This document shows positions 49,867 to 63,200 of a stretch of 64,000 bases of DNA, piece by piece. Where the stretch lies: assembly GCA_002269645.1 (NCBI GenBank), contig NIVC01003554.1, positions 27,695 through 91,694 of the forward strand, written 5' to 3'. This DNA comes from Macrostomum lignano (taxonomy: Eukaryota). Numbering within the stretch: the stretch's first letter is position 1; each line of letters begins with the position of its first letter. Both the position numbers and the translations under genes were made by a program. The notes beneath the pieces were generated by a model. That model did no database searches and was not told where the DNA came from. It saw only the letters and a list, made by a program, of their open reading frames with translations.

Positions 49867-51315
49867 ATGAACTGTCTGGAAGCCGACCCCAGAAATTCAA
49901 CCGGCATACTTGATAGCGTCGATGGCAACTGCACAATAACAACCAGCAATGCGTCGTTGGAATCTACCGATGCCGTCGAATGGTCGAACGCTGAACTTCG
50001 CGCTCTACTGTGTCGGATCGTCTATCCACCTCTGCTAGTGATTGGCGTCCTTTGCAATTTGATGGCCCTTCTAACTTTTCAGCAGAAACGCCTAAGACGA
50101 AGTCCGGTGTCTCTATGCCTGTCGGCCTTGGCTATCCTAGACAGCCTCGTACTGCTGTCGAGTACACTGCGCTACTGGCTGAAGTACCAAATTAGCTTCG
50201 ACTGGCAAGTTGAGAGCATTCACCTGTGCAGAGTGACTCTCTTCCTAGAATACTTCACCGCCGATGGTTCGGTATGGACACTGCTACTAGTAACCGTTCA
50301 ACGCTATGTTGGCACTCATTTTCCACTGCGCGCCGGTAAGTATTGCAATCGAAGCCGCACCTTCCTGTTCATGATGGGCGTCGGGACTTTGTGCGCCGTT
50401 AAGAATCTGCCTCTACTGATCCGAGCTAAAGCCATGCCCCTACCTCTAGCCGGTACCGTCTGTCAAATTGTCTACGACCATCAGCTGTGGGTAGCTTTCT
50501 CCTGGACCGACACCATCTTCCGCTTTCTGATTCCGTTTCCCAGCCTTCTATTCCTTAACTTCTCCATCTGTCGAAAGGTTCGAGCAGCTAGAAAATTCCG
50601 ACGTAGTCAACAGGTTGAATGGCGCAGCTCGATGCACGGCAACAGCAGTACGCTACTTAATAACAACGCAAATACCTTTAGTAACAACCGCAACGCCATC
50701 ATTAGTAGGCAGTCTATCAGTCGGGTGTCTCGACGTGCCACCACAGATCCTCTGCCATCATCGACTCTGGACGCTCAACAGCGCCTCAGCAGGGCAAGTG
50801 TCAGGCGGACGAATCTAGACGACGGTCGCCGAATGCTGATGATGCTAGTCGTAGTTAACTTTGTCTTCTTAGCCTGCCAGTTTCCTTTCTGTGTGTTCTC
50901 TCTGGTGGACAGCTTCCTCGATCTGATGAAGAAGGCTGTTACAAATAGAGATACCTCCGCGTACCTTGTTTTGTCACTCTGCTTCCAATCGGCCCTAACT
51001 TTGGTGTACGTTTCGCACGCAACCAACTTCTTCTTCTATTGTCTGTCTGGCCGGCTTTTTCGTCACACCCTCATGCGAATGTTGACGCCGTGTCGCGGGC
51101 AGCAACGGCAGGGAAGGCGCGGTCTCAATGGCCCCGGCGACAGCCCCATCGGATGCTGCAACAGCTGCTGCTGTAGTCGCCGAAGTCGTCAACGGATTCT
51201 ACTGAGAGCGATTGCCAAGCAACAGAACGAGAAACAGCAGCAACAGCAGAATGACGTAGCAAAGCAGCAATCGGAAATGATCGAGGCAAAACCTTGGAAG
51301 CCGGAGTTGGAATGA
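49867..51315 (+). CDS. Rhodopsin-like (class A) orphan peptide GPCR of the FMRFamide/myosuppressin/sex-peptide-receptor-like group, single exon, about 482 aa
   Basis: Seven hydrophobic segments; N-glycosylation sites in the N-terminus; LAILD (TM2), QRY (TM3), CQFP (TM6), TNFFFYCLSG (TM7); long third intracellular loop. First in-frame ATG is 49867 (the ORF track starts at TTG 49762). Confidence 0.9.
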   Translation: MNCLEADPRNSTGILDSVDGNCTITTSNASLESTDAVEWSNAELRALLCRIVYPPLLVIGVLCNLMALLTFQQKRLRRSPVSLCLSALAILDSLVLLSSTLRYWLKYQISFDWQVESIHLCRVTLFLEYFTADGSVWTLLLVTVQRYVGTHFPLRAGKYCNRSRTFLFMMGVGTLCAVKNLPLLIRAKAMPLPLAGTVCQIVYDHQLWVAFSWTDTIFRFLIPFPSLLFLNFSICRKVRAARKFRRSQQVEWRSSMHGNSSTLLNNNANTFSNNRNAIISRQSISRVSRRATTDPLPSSTLDAQQRLSRASVRRTNLDDGRRMLMMLVVVNFVFLACQFPFCVFSLVDSFLDLMKKAVTNRDTSAYLVLSLCFQSALTLVYVSHATNFFFYCLSGRLFRHTLMRMLTPCRGQQRQGRRGLNGPGDSPIGCCNSCCCSRRSRQRILLRAIAKQQNEKQQQQQNDVAKQQSEMIEAKPWKPELE

Positions 51316-54247
51316 ATTTGTTTGAATATGGTACAACTAATGGCACACGTAACTTAAGGAAGACTTTTTATAATTTGTAAAATCGAATAATACGCTCGTA
51401 ACTTATTTGCTGACTCTCATGTTTCAAGCAGTACAATAAACAGGTGAGTTACGACGTATGTGTTCCAGGCCCCAAAAAGTTCCCTAAATTTTTGTTAACT
51501 ATTTCTAACCAGAAAATGCCCTTCTTTGTCTATTTTTCCACTTTATTTGTACAGATGCTTCATTTATAAATAGCAACTCCACTAAAATGTAGCTCGTCTG
51601 CGATTTTAAAATCGAAAACATTTTCGAATATTTTATATAACGGTAATCATCTGCGTCATTTCCTATTTACACTGCACTTCGATGCCAAGATCGAGAGACT
51701 GCATTAGAAGGGTTCGGCCATGCCAGGAATATGACCCTTTACAACGCTAGGTCACGCATTCCACATCAACTGAAACGTCCTTAAAATACGATGCCGGCAT
51801 GGCAGAATGCTGGTAAACAAAAAACGGCCGTGGACTGAAGAATTTTCATAAGCAAACACTCTGTCATGTTCGCATCTGAATTTTGCAGATAACGCCGCAA
51901 CTATTAACATGGCGGCTAAATGTAGCATATCATCACATTAATGCAAATATGTCTGACCCTGAGTGACTTGTTATTTGCAGTCAACGGACCAAATATTGTT
52001 ATTGAGCTGCTTAATAATAGCTACTATAAATACCTGCAAGTACAATTTGTACACGAGATTACTGTTAGCTGCTGTGTGCCAGCAATCTGCATGTAAAACG
52101 CGACATTTTATGATCAAAACTGTCATCTTTATGACTTTATTGCTGCCTGAATGTTTCCATCTTCATTTATTTTCTGCCAGCAAAGCAAAAATGATACTCA
52201 TTCGCTAGCAGATATTGCACGTATAAAGCCATTTCCGTTTCTTAATGAGTCGCTATAATTTATAGTGCCGCATTACTCTCTTACGCTCTCACGCTCTTTA
52301 CTGAATGAGTTCTAATATTTCATAGATTTTGTGACTTTTGCTTCAAAGTATTTTCGTGTGTTGAAAAATTTTTCATGGGCTATTTATAATAAACTTGTTT
52401 ATCGCTGCTTCTCCACAGTTTTTGCTCTGTCAAATTTGTTTTACTCCCAACGGATCCTACAAGGACTGTTCTCTCCTCCCACTTAAATATTAACTGAGCA
52501 AACTGCTTTTGTAAGCCCTGGCACACACAAGAGAAGGAAATATTATAATCTCGAGCTATTTTTACTTGCGTAAGTACAATTTATTTAAACAAAGTTGCGC
52601 ACCGTACTATCTGAATCTGCTTCAACAAAGTTATTTTCAGAGGGTGAATATTATTGACTATTGTACTGAGTATAGCTAAGCATCGTACACAGCCCATTGT
52701 CCATACGAATTGACGTCAGATTATTTTCATTGTGTGCGTTCTAAATTTAGCCAACGTCCTAAAGCTTATGAACTTATTCTATGTAAAGCAATAGTTTTCA
52801 CAGCTAAAATTTGTTGCATATCTAGCCTTCATTACAATATTGTGTATACTATTAACTACGGTAGTTTTCAATATGACAGTGAGATGTTTTTACCGGTATG
52901 TAATATACTGCTATTTAATGTTATAACACTTCTTGAAATAGCAAATTGTCCGTGTACCTTCGATTGCAAAAAAATAAAAAATCATTACTATCTTTGTGAT
53001 CTCACCTGCTTTAGCTACTGCTTTTAACGGGTAAATAAATATGAATAATATTTATTTGTTTATAATTAAAGTATACTGAGAAAATAAAGAGCACTCTTAT
53101 TAATCCAATCAAGTACAGAAATAGAAAAAAGCAAATTATAAATAATTAAGCAGCATAGAACGATCAGGCCATGAATTACAGAACGGATTTAACAACCAAT
53201 AAATGTGTAGATAGGGGCGTCACCTGAACTTTGGAGGGAAAATAATTATGTTGCCAGTACACCCGAGTACTGCTGACACATACATATGTACCAGTTAGCA
53301 CTGTATCTGTGGCTTATTTACTCATATTTAACACTACACAACTTTAATTTAAAAAATTACATAACAAACAGGGTTTAGCTGCAGCCAGAATTTTATGAAG
53401 ACAGTCTACTATATTCCACTTGTTTGTTATAATGCTTGCAAATTTAAATCAGGAGAAAATTTCGATGCTTGAGGAGGTGTCGCCAATAGCGCAAAAACAG
53501 TGGAGAAAGATAAAAAAGTAAGCGAAAACAATCATAAAATGTTTATTTATTCAGTACATGTACCTCGTATTAAATTTTAAGCCAACTGAAAGGCACATTT
53601 AGTAACAATTGTATACTTATGTACATATTTTGGAATAAAGTATGCCTCTTTTGTTCGCACACCTTCATAAATACATTTGACATATCATCTAGCTTGCAAT
53701 TGGGTTTAGATTAAACAAAGTTTTGCAATTCAAAGATTAGCCTGATATTTTTATCGGTTTTTGGACACACCGCTGGTAAATTTGAATCATCAAAAATCGA
53801 ATCTTGTATGAGTATCACGGTCTCAAACTATAGTGAAAAGTACCAAAAATTTAAACGAACAGCAGAGGAAGTGGAAAAAGTGCACAGACTTTAGTCTAGG
53901 GATCGTGCAATCAATAGCTAGTTAAAACTCAAAATAAGGCAATTAGTTCAGCTGCTGCAAAAGTACATCTGCACTGTTATGTGAAAGCGATAAGCGAAGT
54001 AATTCACATGAAAAAGCTGACTTCGTAGTGGATATATTCTCCTGAAAGTTATCTGTCATCGAGTTTACGAGCTTAAATCTATTTGATCTCTGTTCTGGCT
54101 TCAAAATCCATACGGCGAAATCGTTTGCTGTATCAATTTATAACAAAGAGAATTGATAAGTTTAATTTTTAATTTAATCTGTAAAAATTGACTCGCGCAG
54201 TAGGTTAGAAATAAACAAAATTTAGTATTTTTTCACTTTTAATTTTG

Positions 54248-57200
54248 CTAATTGACGCTGGCAGTGCTGGCATCCTTGAGCTGCATCAGTGTGGCATGGT
54301 GGTCCGGGTCGATGTTGTACAGCAACTGTTCCGCCAGTTTAGCTCGAAGTCGCTGACTTGAGGCCTGAAATTCATTCATTCAGTTTGTTATTTTCATTGC
54401 CATAATGAAACTTTCTAATTACACTGTTAACTACAATTAAGTAATTTATTCCCCCCGATTGGAGTACATTTAAACAATTGAATTACGATACTATCTACAA
54501 TGCAATCTCAATCTAACAAAATCTAGTTACTTCTAAACGTTATTATTCATTGACACTAATCCGCAAGTCCTAAACTCTGCAATACTGCTTTAATTTCGTG
54601 TGCCCGAATTCAAGCAGGACTGAATCCAGTCACTGCAAGCTCGAGTAGATCTCTGCACCTATTGGCTTCTGCTAAGACAAACAATGCCCTCATACCCTCA
54701 TCAACCTGAGTAAACTGAGCTGAGTTGAAATCCAGCTGAAATGCTGAATCATTCCTTTTCTAGAATTGGCTACGTGAGATTGTTCAAATATTGGATGATA
54801 AGAAATTCTAAAATCTTGCAGGGGCTAAAAGATGATGAATTTCTTGCCAACACGCACACTGCAGGGATAAAGAAAATATATAATTTTAGGAGCTGATGGC
54901 GATCATATTGAAGGACGAAAATATGGTAAAGGCAAATCCTTGAAAGATAAAAACGTTGAGATCAAAAGCTGCACCCTACAAAGATATACAAAATAGGTTC
55001 AAGCAAATATTGCTTTTGTCAGCCTAAATGAGAATAAAGCCACCCAAAATGAGAATCCTGCCTACGCTGACTGCGAAGGGCCTGGCTGCGTGCAGCCTTA
55101 GTCTATGGGCCATAGACAATAAAAAACAAGCAAAGTGAGAAAAAGCCATCCAATGTGAGAATCGATTGGTCTATGCGTCGTATTCTTTTATTTTTATACC
55201 TTCTGAGCTTCTGAGCCATATGACTAGCCAATCCTAGCTATAGCTTATCCTTTATAGTCTATGGCTCATAGACTAAGGCTGCACGCAGCCAGGCCCTTCG
55301 CAGTCAGCGTAGGCAGGATTCTCACTTTGGATGGCTTTATTCTCAGTTAGGCTGACAAAACCAATACTATTGCAGGCAGTTGGTTTGTGATGGCAGGTGC
55401 TAAGGGACTAACGAAAGACAAAACGCTGTCTCAGTTTATGAAGAACAGAACAAAGTCACAGCGATTTCCCGAAGAACTGAAAGGTGTCGCAGCAGTTCAT
55501 TAGGGCTGAGAGGTCACAACATCTCTTAAACCTCCGCATTCAAGCCAGAGAATATGAGCAGAGATTCAAGCTCACCCCAACAGTTTTGGGCCGACCAGCG
55601 CTCCCGTGTCCGTTGCTTTGGCTCGGGCCTTGACCTCCTTGACCTGCAGTTGGCGGCCTCGGCGGAAGCCGCAAATCTGGCGTCAAAGACTTCTGCGTCC
55701 ATCTGGGCAGTGGGGCGTAGCCGGTGCCGCCGCCCACGGAGGAGACCGGTCGGCTGGCTGCGCCGCCGCCGGTGACGCTGGCGCTTCGTCGACCACCGCC
55801 CAGCGTGGTGCTCGGACGCGTAGAGCCGGGACGACCGCGCGAGTCGGCTGGACAGGAGTCAAAAGTCGGCTTGTCACGTTTTTGTCTTTTGCACTCTCTT
55901 GCTTCTAACCTGCATTTTTATAGCTCTACTCATTTACCTCTCTTGCATGTCGTGGCTTCTTTTTTTAATCTTTTTGGCATTTACCTTTGCGCTAATATCC
56001 TGTTCGTGAAAAAATCTGACATTGCGAGATATTATTACTCAATCTTCCTAAATAATTGGCCACATATTTATAAATGACTTCTGACATTAATCTGTCATGG
56101 ATGCAAGTTCTCTATTTGAGTCAGTGTCAACTGTCAGGGTTGGTCGGTGGGGGGGTCACATAAGCCCCTCTTGCTGTTCTAACAATGCCGGTTAGCTAAT
56201 TGTTTGCATATCGTAGGTAAGCTCATTATTCTTTTTTACTTAGGCCAACTGGTTCTAGGCCAACTGATTGGATAATTGAGCTGCGAACTGAGCACTGGAT
56301 ATCAGTCAGGCAATTAGTCATAGGCTTAAAGATCAAATTAAGCGTATACACTGAGGATAGGAATTTGTCTCTCTAAATAAAAAAGCAGCTTCTGTGGACC
56401 TAAATTTATTGTACTGGACAGTGCGTAGCATAATGCTCAGCGGTACATGTAACAGGGCAATACAGACATTAATCATCTCTCCCGTTTTACATGCACGTCT
56501 CATTCCATTCTTAAACTTCTTGTCACTTTTCTTGTTCTTTTGGGAATTCCTTGACTCCTTGTTATAATTAATAATTGGTGTTACAACAAAATTGTAGAAA
56601 GCTCTTACTGCCCAACGGCTGAGAAAATCCAATTGAAGTCTGAGCTCTGGACAGCGTCGCCACAGATTCCAGCTCGTACACCTAGAAATCAAAAAAATTG
56701 ATTTCCGGGGGACTTAGCTTTTTGTTCTGATGATGTCAAAAATTCTAGCGATAATAACAAAAATGGTTCAGTGCGTTTACGTCGTAAAAACCATAATAAA
56801 ATGCTTGAAAATGGGAATACTCTTTTAATTCTGGTAAAGACAGGGCTCTGCATTAGGAGCAAGGGTATAAAGCAAATGACATCTTTCGCAAGCTTAAACG
56901 ACAAGCAAGGTAAAAGTGCAAACTTAATCGGTTAAGCGATCGATAAGATAATTGGGTTTGTCTTTTGCATGCAAAGAAATTAAGCTTTATAAGAAAGTGA
57001 AAAAAATGTTTTCGAAAGCCGTATTTTGCGTTGCTAAAGGTTACTAACCGTGTCATGATAACAAACCCGAAAGTGTAATATTGTAAGTATTGCTTAGTTC
57101 CTTAGCTTCCTTAGTTTGCAACATTCTTCTTTAGTAGGGGATTTATATCTCATGTCTTGATAATTGTACAAACATTCTCAGTACGGTGCAACTACCATGA

Positions 57201-60200
57201 TACTCGAACAATTTAGCTACCTTCTGTAGGCCGTATATTACTCGTAATTACTCCATTCTGGTAAAGGCTTCCACCATTCTCAACAGTGGGTTAACCCAAG
57301 CTTAAGCACAAAGGACAAACAAAATGTGATAGAACTACAGCTTCTACCTTTGGTACTTATCTGTTAACCCAAATTTCATTCAGTGATATAAAATGCTATG
57401 ACTGAATCAATATGCGATTTCGTGCATTTTTTGCAAAAATTTGAACAGTAAAGAAGACATTTTGCGTGCAGATAGTGACGAAAATCATTGTTCCCCTGAC
57501 AGAGCAGAAAGATGGCATGTCAAAAAATTGTTGCAAGTGTCCTCCTTCGAGCTTTAAAGCTTTATTTTACCTGAACATCGGGATCTCCGGTAGCAAATCT
57601 GACTGATGGGTTTCGACTTTCGGACAACTGCATATTTATTAACCGTTATGATAGACAATTATTAGTATTGGGTTGTTAAAATTGGCTCATTTCGAAGAAA
57701 ATGAAAAATTTCTATTGTGTCTGCGTTGCTCGGCAACCATAATGTTGTGGGGATAACAGACAGACAACGTAGGGTAGATTTTAAACGCATTGCATTTTTT
57801 ATCACGCCAAAAAACCAGCCAAATAGAAAACTTCCATGACTGTAAAATATGATTGCCACCCCGCAATAGTAATTTAAAACGTAGTTATTAGGCCACAAAG
57901 CTTTATATATACGCTCCTATCTGTCTTTGAAATCAGGCCTGCGGTCTGGGAAGCTTATTTTCGAAAAAATGTGCACACTGTATCTCTAACTTTCATATCT
58001 GGTTCTGAATTATTAAAAGCAGTTTTTTAGGAAGTCGATATGCGAGATAAACCTTAAAAATATTTTAATGACACAACAGCAAACAATCTCGTGAGTAAGT
58101 TGTTGTTGTTGTTGTAAGTTGGGTAGAAGTGGAAACTAAATTATCTGCAAAAGTTCAGTATTTAGAAAAAAACATCGATCAGAAATTCACTACTACTGTC
58201 ACTAATCAAATTACACTTGGCATTTTAATACGGGATTTTTCGAGAAAACTACTTCTTGGTGCGGAATAGTCGTACGAACAAAGTTTACTAACTATTATCG
58301 ATTTTGGGTGCAAAAAGTAAAGGAAAAATTGCTTTAAACAAACATAATTTCTTTTACGCACATCCGATGGAGCACCGGAAGAAAGCTGAAACAATCATTT
58401 ACCAAATCAAATTGAGCTTGGCAGACGAACTTTTTAGGAACTGACTAGAAATATTTGCTCGTCATTGTATTATAGATAGCTATGGTTAAAGACTAGTCTA
58501 TCTAAAGAATATAAATTCTACCTTCCTGAGAACTTTTTTCAGAACTCGGTACCTAACTAAAGAATCGCAAGCAAATTGCATCTAAGACTATATCACAAAA
58601 ATTCATTGCTCACCTGCGAAAGAAGATTGTCCACTTTGCCAAAGGCGTCCTCTTTCAGTCTTTTTTCTTCTTTGAGCTGATGACGTAGTGTCTCAACCTG
58701 TTTAGTAGTCTTGTCGGCAATTGTCTGCTGAGTCCTGAAGCTTCTAGTTAAATTGTCTTGTGTGCTTTGAAAGTTGCGCCTAGTCTCGGAGATCTCCTCC
58801 ATGAGCTTGTCGATGTGCAGCTGTTTGGCATCTGCCAGCTGTCTGTCAGACCGGTCGCGCCTCTCGTCCGCGTGACGTCTGTCGAGGTCGTCACGCTGCA
58901 GACGATCGAGCTTGCGTCGAGTGTCGCCAAGCTCTCGCTCGGTACGAACCAGGCACTCTTTAGACTGGCCGAGCTCCTGCGTCAACTGCTGAGACTTCTC
59001 GGTTGACAGTAGGTCAATTACGGTGGCTCGTTTGCGCTGCTGCTCTTTCTCTTGGTCAAGTTCGCTCAACTTCTTCTGGAACTCGCATCTTAAATTGAAT
59101 GGGAAATCGCATGTTTGTAAATCCACTTGCAAACAGACCTTAATAATAACGATTGACAGGCTGGTTTCCAAACCATTTGATTTGCACTACCAACCTGGCA
59201 AAAGTCTGCTTCCAGTTGAACAGCGCCTTCTGCCGATTCATCAGCTGGCTTAGCCGTATGTTCTCCTGCTCCAGCTGGGCCAGGCTTTCGCTGAGTCGGT
59301 CATTCCTATCGGACAGTTCCTTTTCCGTAACCAATCGCGAGGTCGCTGTACGCTCTCTAATCTTTGACATGGCTTCCGAAGCCTCCGTGCGAACGTCTGC
59401 GATTCGAGACATCGTAGCCGAAAGCATGTGCTTCCGGTACTCGTCAAGGCGCATCTTCTGCTCAAAGTTGCAGGCGAACAAGCTCTGCACCAGGTCGTTG
59501 TATTCGTTGCGTACACTGTCGCGAATCTCCGTTTTCTGGCGAATCGACTGTTCGCGCATTTCGCTCACTTTAGCGCGTAGGGCCGTTACCTCTGTTACGA
59601 ATTAGATGCGTCGAATGTAAGTCTCTATGGACTTTTTAAAGTAGTATTGTGTAAATCTACAAGTACAATAGAAACTTTACGTTCTGCGTAGCTTTGATTC
59701 CACTTTTACCTACTTGGACTGATGACCCCAAGGCGTGAAATACGTGGAGTCGGAGAAGAATACGTTTGGATTGGCGGAAGATTGTGTCATTTGCAAATAC
59801 AGATGCAATGTTTTGACATGCCAGAAAGCAGACAATTAGTAAGTTGCAGCTACTATCTATTGTAACATGTTTTGACGATTAGTTACGAGCTGTGTCTCTT
59901 GGCTAATCATTTCAACCTAATTTTAAACTTAAGAAAACTTGCTTTGATTATACGAGCGTAGGAACATCAAAAGTTCGTTAATTTATTAATGATATAATCT
60001 CACCCATAAGCAGAGAATGGACTGTCTCCGCCATCAGCAGCTGAGCCTCGATGGCCACAGCTTCCTCCTTCTCACGAATTCGAGTCTGCAGGTGCTCGAC
60101 CTGGCGCTCGCGGTCGTACAGCACCTGATGCTGCTGCCGCAGAATGCTCTCATAGTAGCTAGCGTAGCTTTCGTACGTCTCCCGTTGATTCTGAGTGCTG

Positions 60201-63200
60201 AGCATGCACAGCTGGTTGAGACACTGGTTGAGACCCTCAGCTGAGAACACCACTTTACCGTCCTCGGTTTCGACTGCCTCCTTCTCCAGAGCGGTCAAGA
60301 ACTCCTCGAGGAATGGCGGTCGTTTCACAGAGAAGCTCTCCTTCATGCACTGTCAAATGTAAGAGAAAGGGTAACTTCAAGTCTTTACGCATTGAATCTG
60401 ATCACAACTATATTAAAAAATAGTCGCTTACACTTCGTTTCCATAGATCCGTGGGCAAGTTATCATCTTCCCTGTTGCGCTCCTTGATGACCATGTCAGT
60501 CTCGCGGTGAATTCGTTTTCGAACCTCATTGATCATGTGAGTCTCCACGAATTCGAGAAGCTTCACTAGCTGTTGTTGAGGTAGAAGGATAACATATGAA
60601 GCATTATTTTTCGTATTTGATTCTTTTGGCAAGAGAAGACTGCCCGAAACAAATGGTTTATTAAGGACTCTGTTGATGAGCTTGTATTAGAGTTTGTTGG
60701 CAAGGATCTGTCATAAATAGTTTCTGCAGAATAAAAATTTTCAGACAATTCTGGCGGGAAATCAGATGCAATTTTGTGATGTGCAAATTGAAGGAAGCAT
60801 ACATGTACGTGTTTAAATTGTGCCGTGCATATAGAAAAGGAAAACTTGAACAAAACAAAGCACCAATCTACATGTAATTTGTTGAGAGAAGTAAATTATG
60901 GGTTCAATCCTTTTAGCAAAATCAGTGATAAAATTATTTGAAGAAATAAGATTAAAAGCAAACAAGGGATAGAATTGAACTGGTTTCGTGGACAGCTTTT
61001 TGTGCTTCGAGATTTTAAGTTTTAAAATTTGATTTAAACTAAAAGAATTACCTCAGCCTGAAATGAAGTATCATTTTGGGTTAGTTTTTTTTAAAAATAC
61101 GTAACTTAGGTGGCTTAAAATGAAGATACAATGGTGCAACGGCGTAAATGACTAGCTGCTTTTTTCGTGCGATTAGTAAACTTTGATTTATCGAATCCGA
61201 ACAAAACTTTCTTATTGCGTCTCCGTTCTTACTGCTGGTCCGTTTACAGTGCACATGCCATTAACTACAGGGCATCGGTGAAACCAAATACGGCAAAAAT
61301 AGGTCACACTAATGCTTTAAAAAGAAAATTATCAAACATCTATATGTCGTCCGTGGTTATTGAAAACCTAGCTGCTGTGCAGTTATTTACTTTAAAGTAA
61401 CTCCTGAACTTGAATTTGTTAAATATTTAACAGAAGTTTTTTAGTAACTCGTCAATAATTTAGTGTAAAGTAATGTATCTAAAGTAATGAAACTGGTAAA
61501 AAGTGTTTGAGGGTGATTGTGTCGCCAACAGGTGCGTTTCCAGGACAACTAAGGGTGTTTGCGCAGTTATTGTTGCCACGTGTTAACTTCATGATTCCTA
61601 GGAGTCTCTATTTAACAAATGTCAATTTCTAGTTAACGTTAGTAGGCTAGCTATAGCTAACACACTTTTTTTCTGACACGTACCTGTCTCTGCCGAACTG
61701 TCATCTCCGGGACGCCCTGCGGCGTGACAAACACGTCGGTGTCGGCTTGAAGCGGACCGGGCTCGCACAGCTCCTCCTGGCCGAATTGTAGCGCCAACGA
61801 CCGCATAATTGGATAGAGCTTCTCCGATTTGTACAGTTTGCTGCGGATGATAAGGGCAAGTTGAAAAGGCTAAAGACGTGTGCGAGATTTGACATTTTTA
61901 TGCGTTTAGCGTTAATTAGCGCCAATTTCTCAGCCCTTATAGTAATAACAATAATAAGTGATTACACCTGCCCCAATTGAACCCGATGTGCAACCGACAG
62001 CTCAGCCGCAGCTATTGCGCGGCGTATCTGAATACTGCGTACGGCTGCTCAGTCCAAGGACAGCTGGGTAAACTGAATCAATGTAGATTTATGTCTGGCT
62101 CAAGAACACTAAATGTTCTACTGGGATCGGAAATCGAACCCCCGACCTTTGACCCTATAACTACTAGGCTACAACCCTCAACTTTAGGACTTCCGAAGTA
62201 CAAATAAAGCTTGTATGTGTTTAATCAGGCTTTGACCAATAATTACTTTTAAGTCTACTGTAAGTAGGAAAAAAAGAAATCACACTGTGGTGTGTTCGTT
62301 CCAACGAATTTTGTAAAAATGTATCTCATCATGTTTCAATGAAGTTTTACAGCAGACAATCGTGAGGCGAGAGAATCCGTCAGAAAAAATCCTAGAACTA
62401 TACCTAAAGAGATAGATAAACTGTAGTTTTGCTCCAATTTTGCGCGTTCGACAGTCTCTGGGAGCATTTCTCCCGCATTTGAGTCGACAAAGCATATGAA
62501 GCCACATTGGACCAAAAGCATGATAGCTTTATATGATTCTCGTAATGACAGAAGTCAAGAAATCGTCCATTTAGCCATCAAGTGCTTAAAGTGTAGTTTT
62601 TATATCCCGCAAATGCGTTAATTTCGCCCTGATGCAGCAATAAATCCTGCATATCAATTTTGTAGCAGTTTATTCACTCACCAAAACCGCTGATACTTCG
62701 CTACCGTGTCGATTCTGGTTACGCTCATCTTGTGCTTCGCCCAGAAATACTTCAGTGCGTCGACCCGCTTCCACAATGTCAGAAAACGGATTTGAAGCCG
62801 GCAAGCCTGTCGAGCTTGTTCAACCACGGGACTCTGTTGTTGCTGTTGCTGTTGTAGCAACTGTTGATTCGAAGAGCCCGAAGCGGCCGCAGCTTCATCG
62901 TCTGGCCGTTTCCGAACTCTTTCGAGCATTCGTTTGCCAATCAGTAGGAAGTTTTCACGGTCCTCAATCCCAACTGGCCGGCCGGCGTAGGACTCCGGTA
63001 TGTCGCCCGCTTTGGCCACGTCTTCAAGACAGAGACTCATTGACAGCAGTTCGCCGTGCACGGCTGGCTTATCGACATCCCGCAAGCCTGCTAGACAGAG
63101 CTGCATATTGGCGCCAACGGTCCACCACTGCCACTGCATGCTGGAATAGGGCCCGCGTCTGCTTGCGAACGAGCGCCAAGGGAACAGTTGCTGGGCTGTT

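Noticed and set aside
54590-54660. Possible alternative terminal exon of CCDC162 (VQRSTRACSDW...)
   Set aside because: Only an AG and a short open frame; exon 54364-54248 is a better terminal exon.
59718-59740. Hammerhead-like CTGATGA...GAAA
   Set aside because: Stem II and the cleavage-site stem cannot be formed.
62280-62521. Short - strand ORFs as extra CCDC162 exons
   Set aside because: The flanking exons already join in phase (YQRF-C-KLYK), and no homology was recognised.
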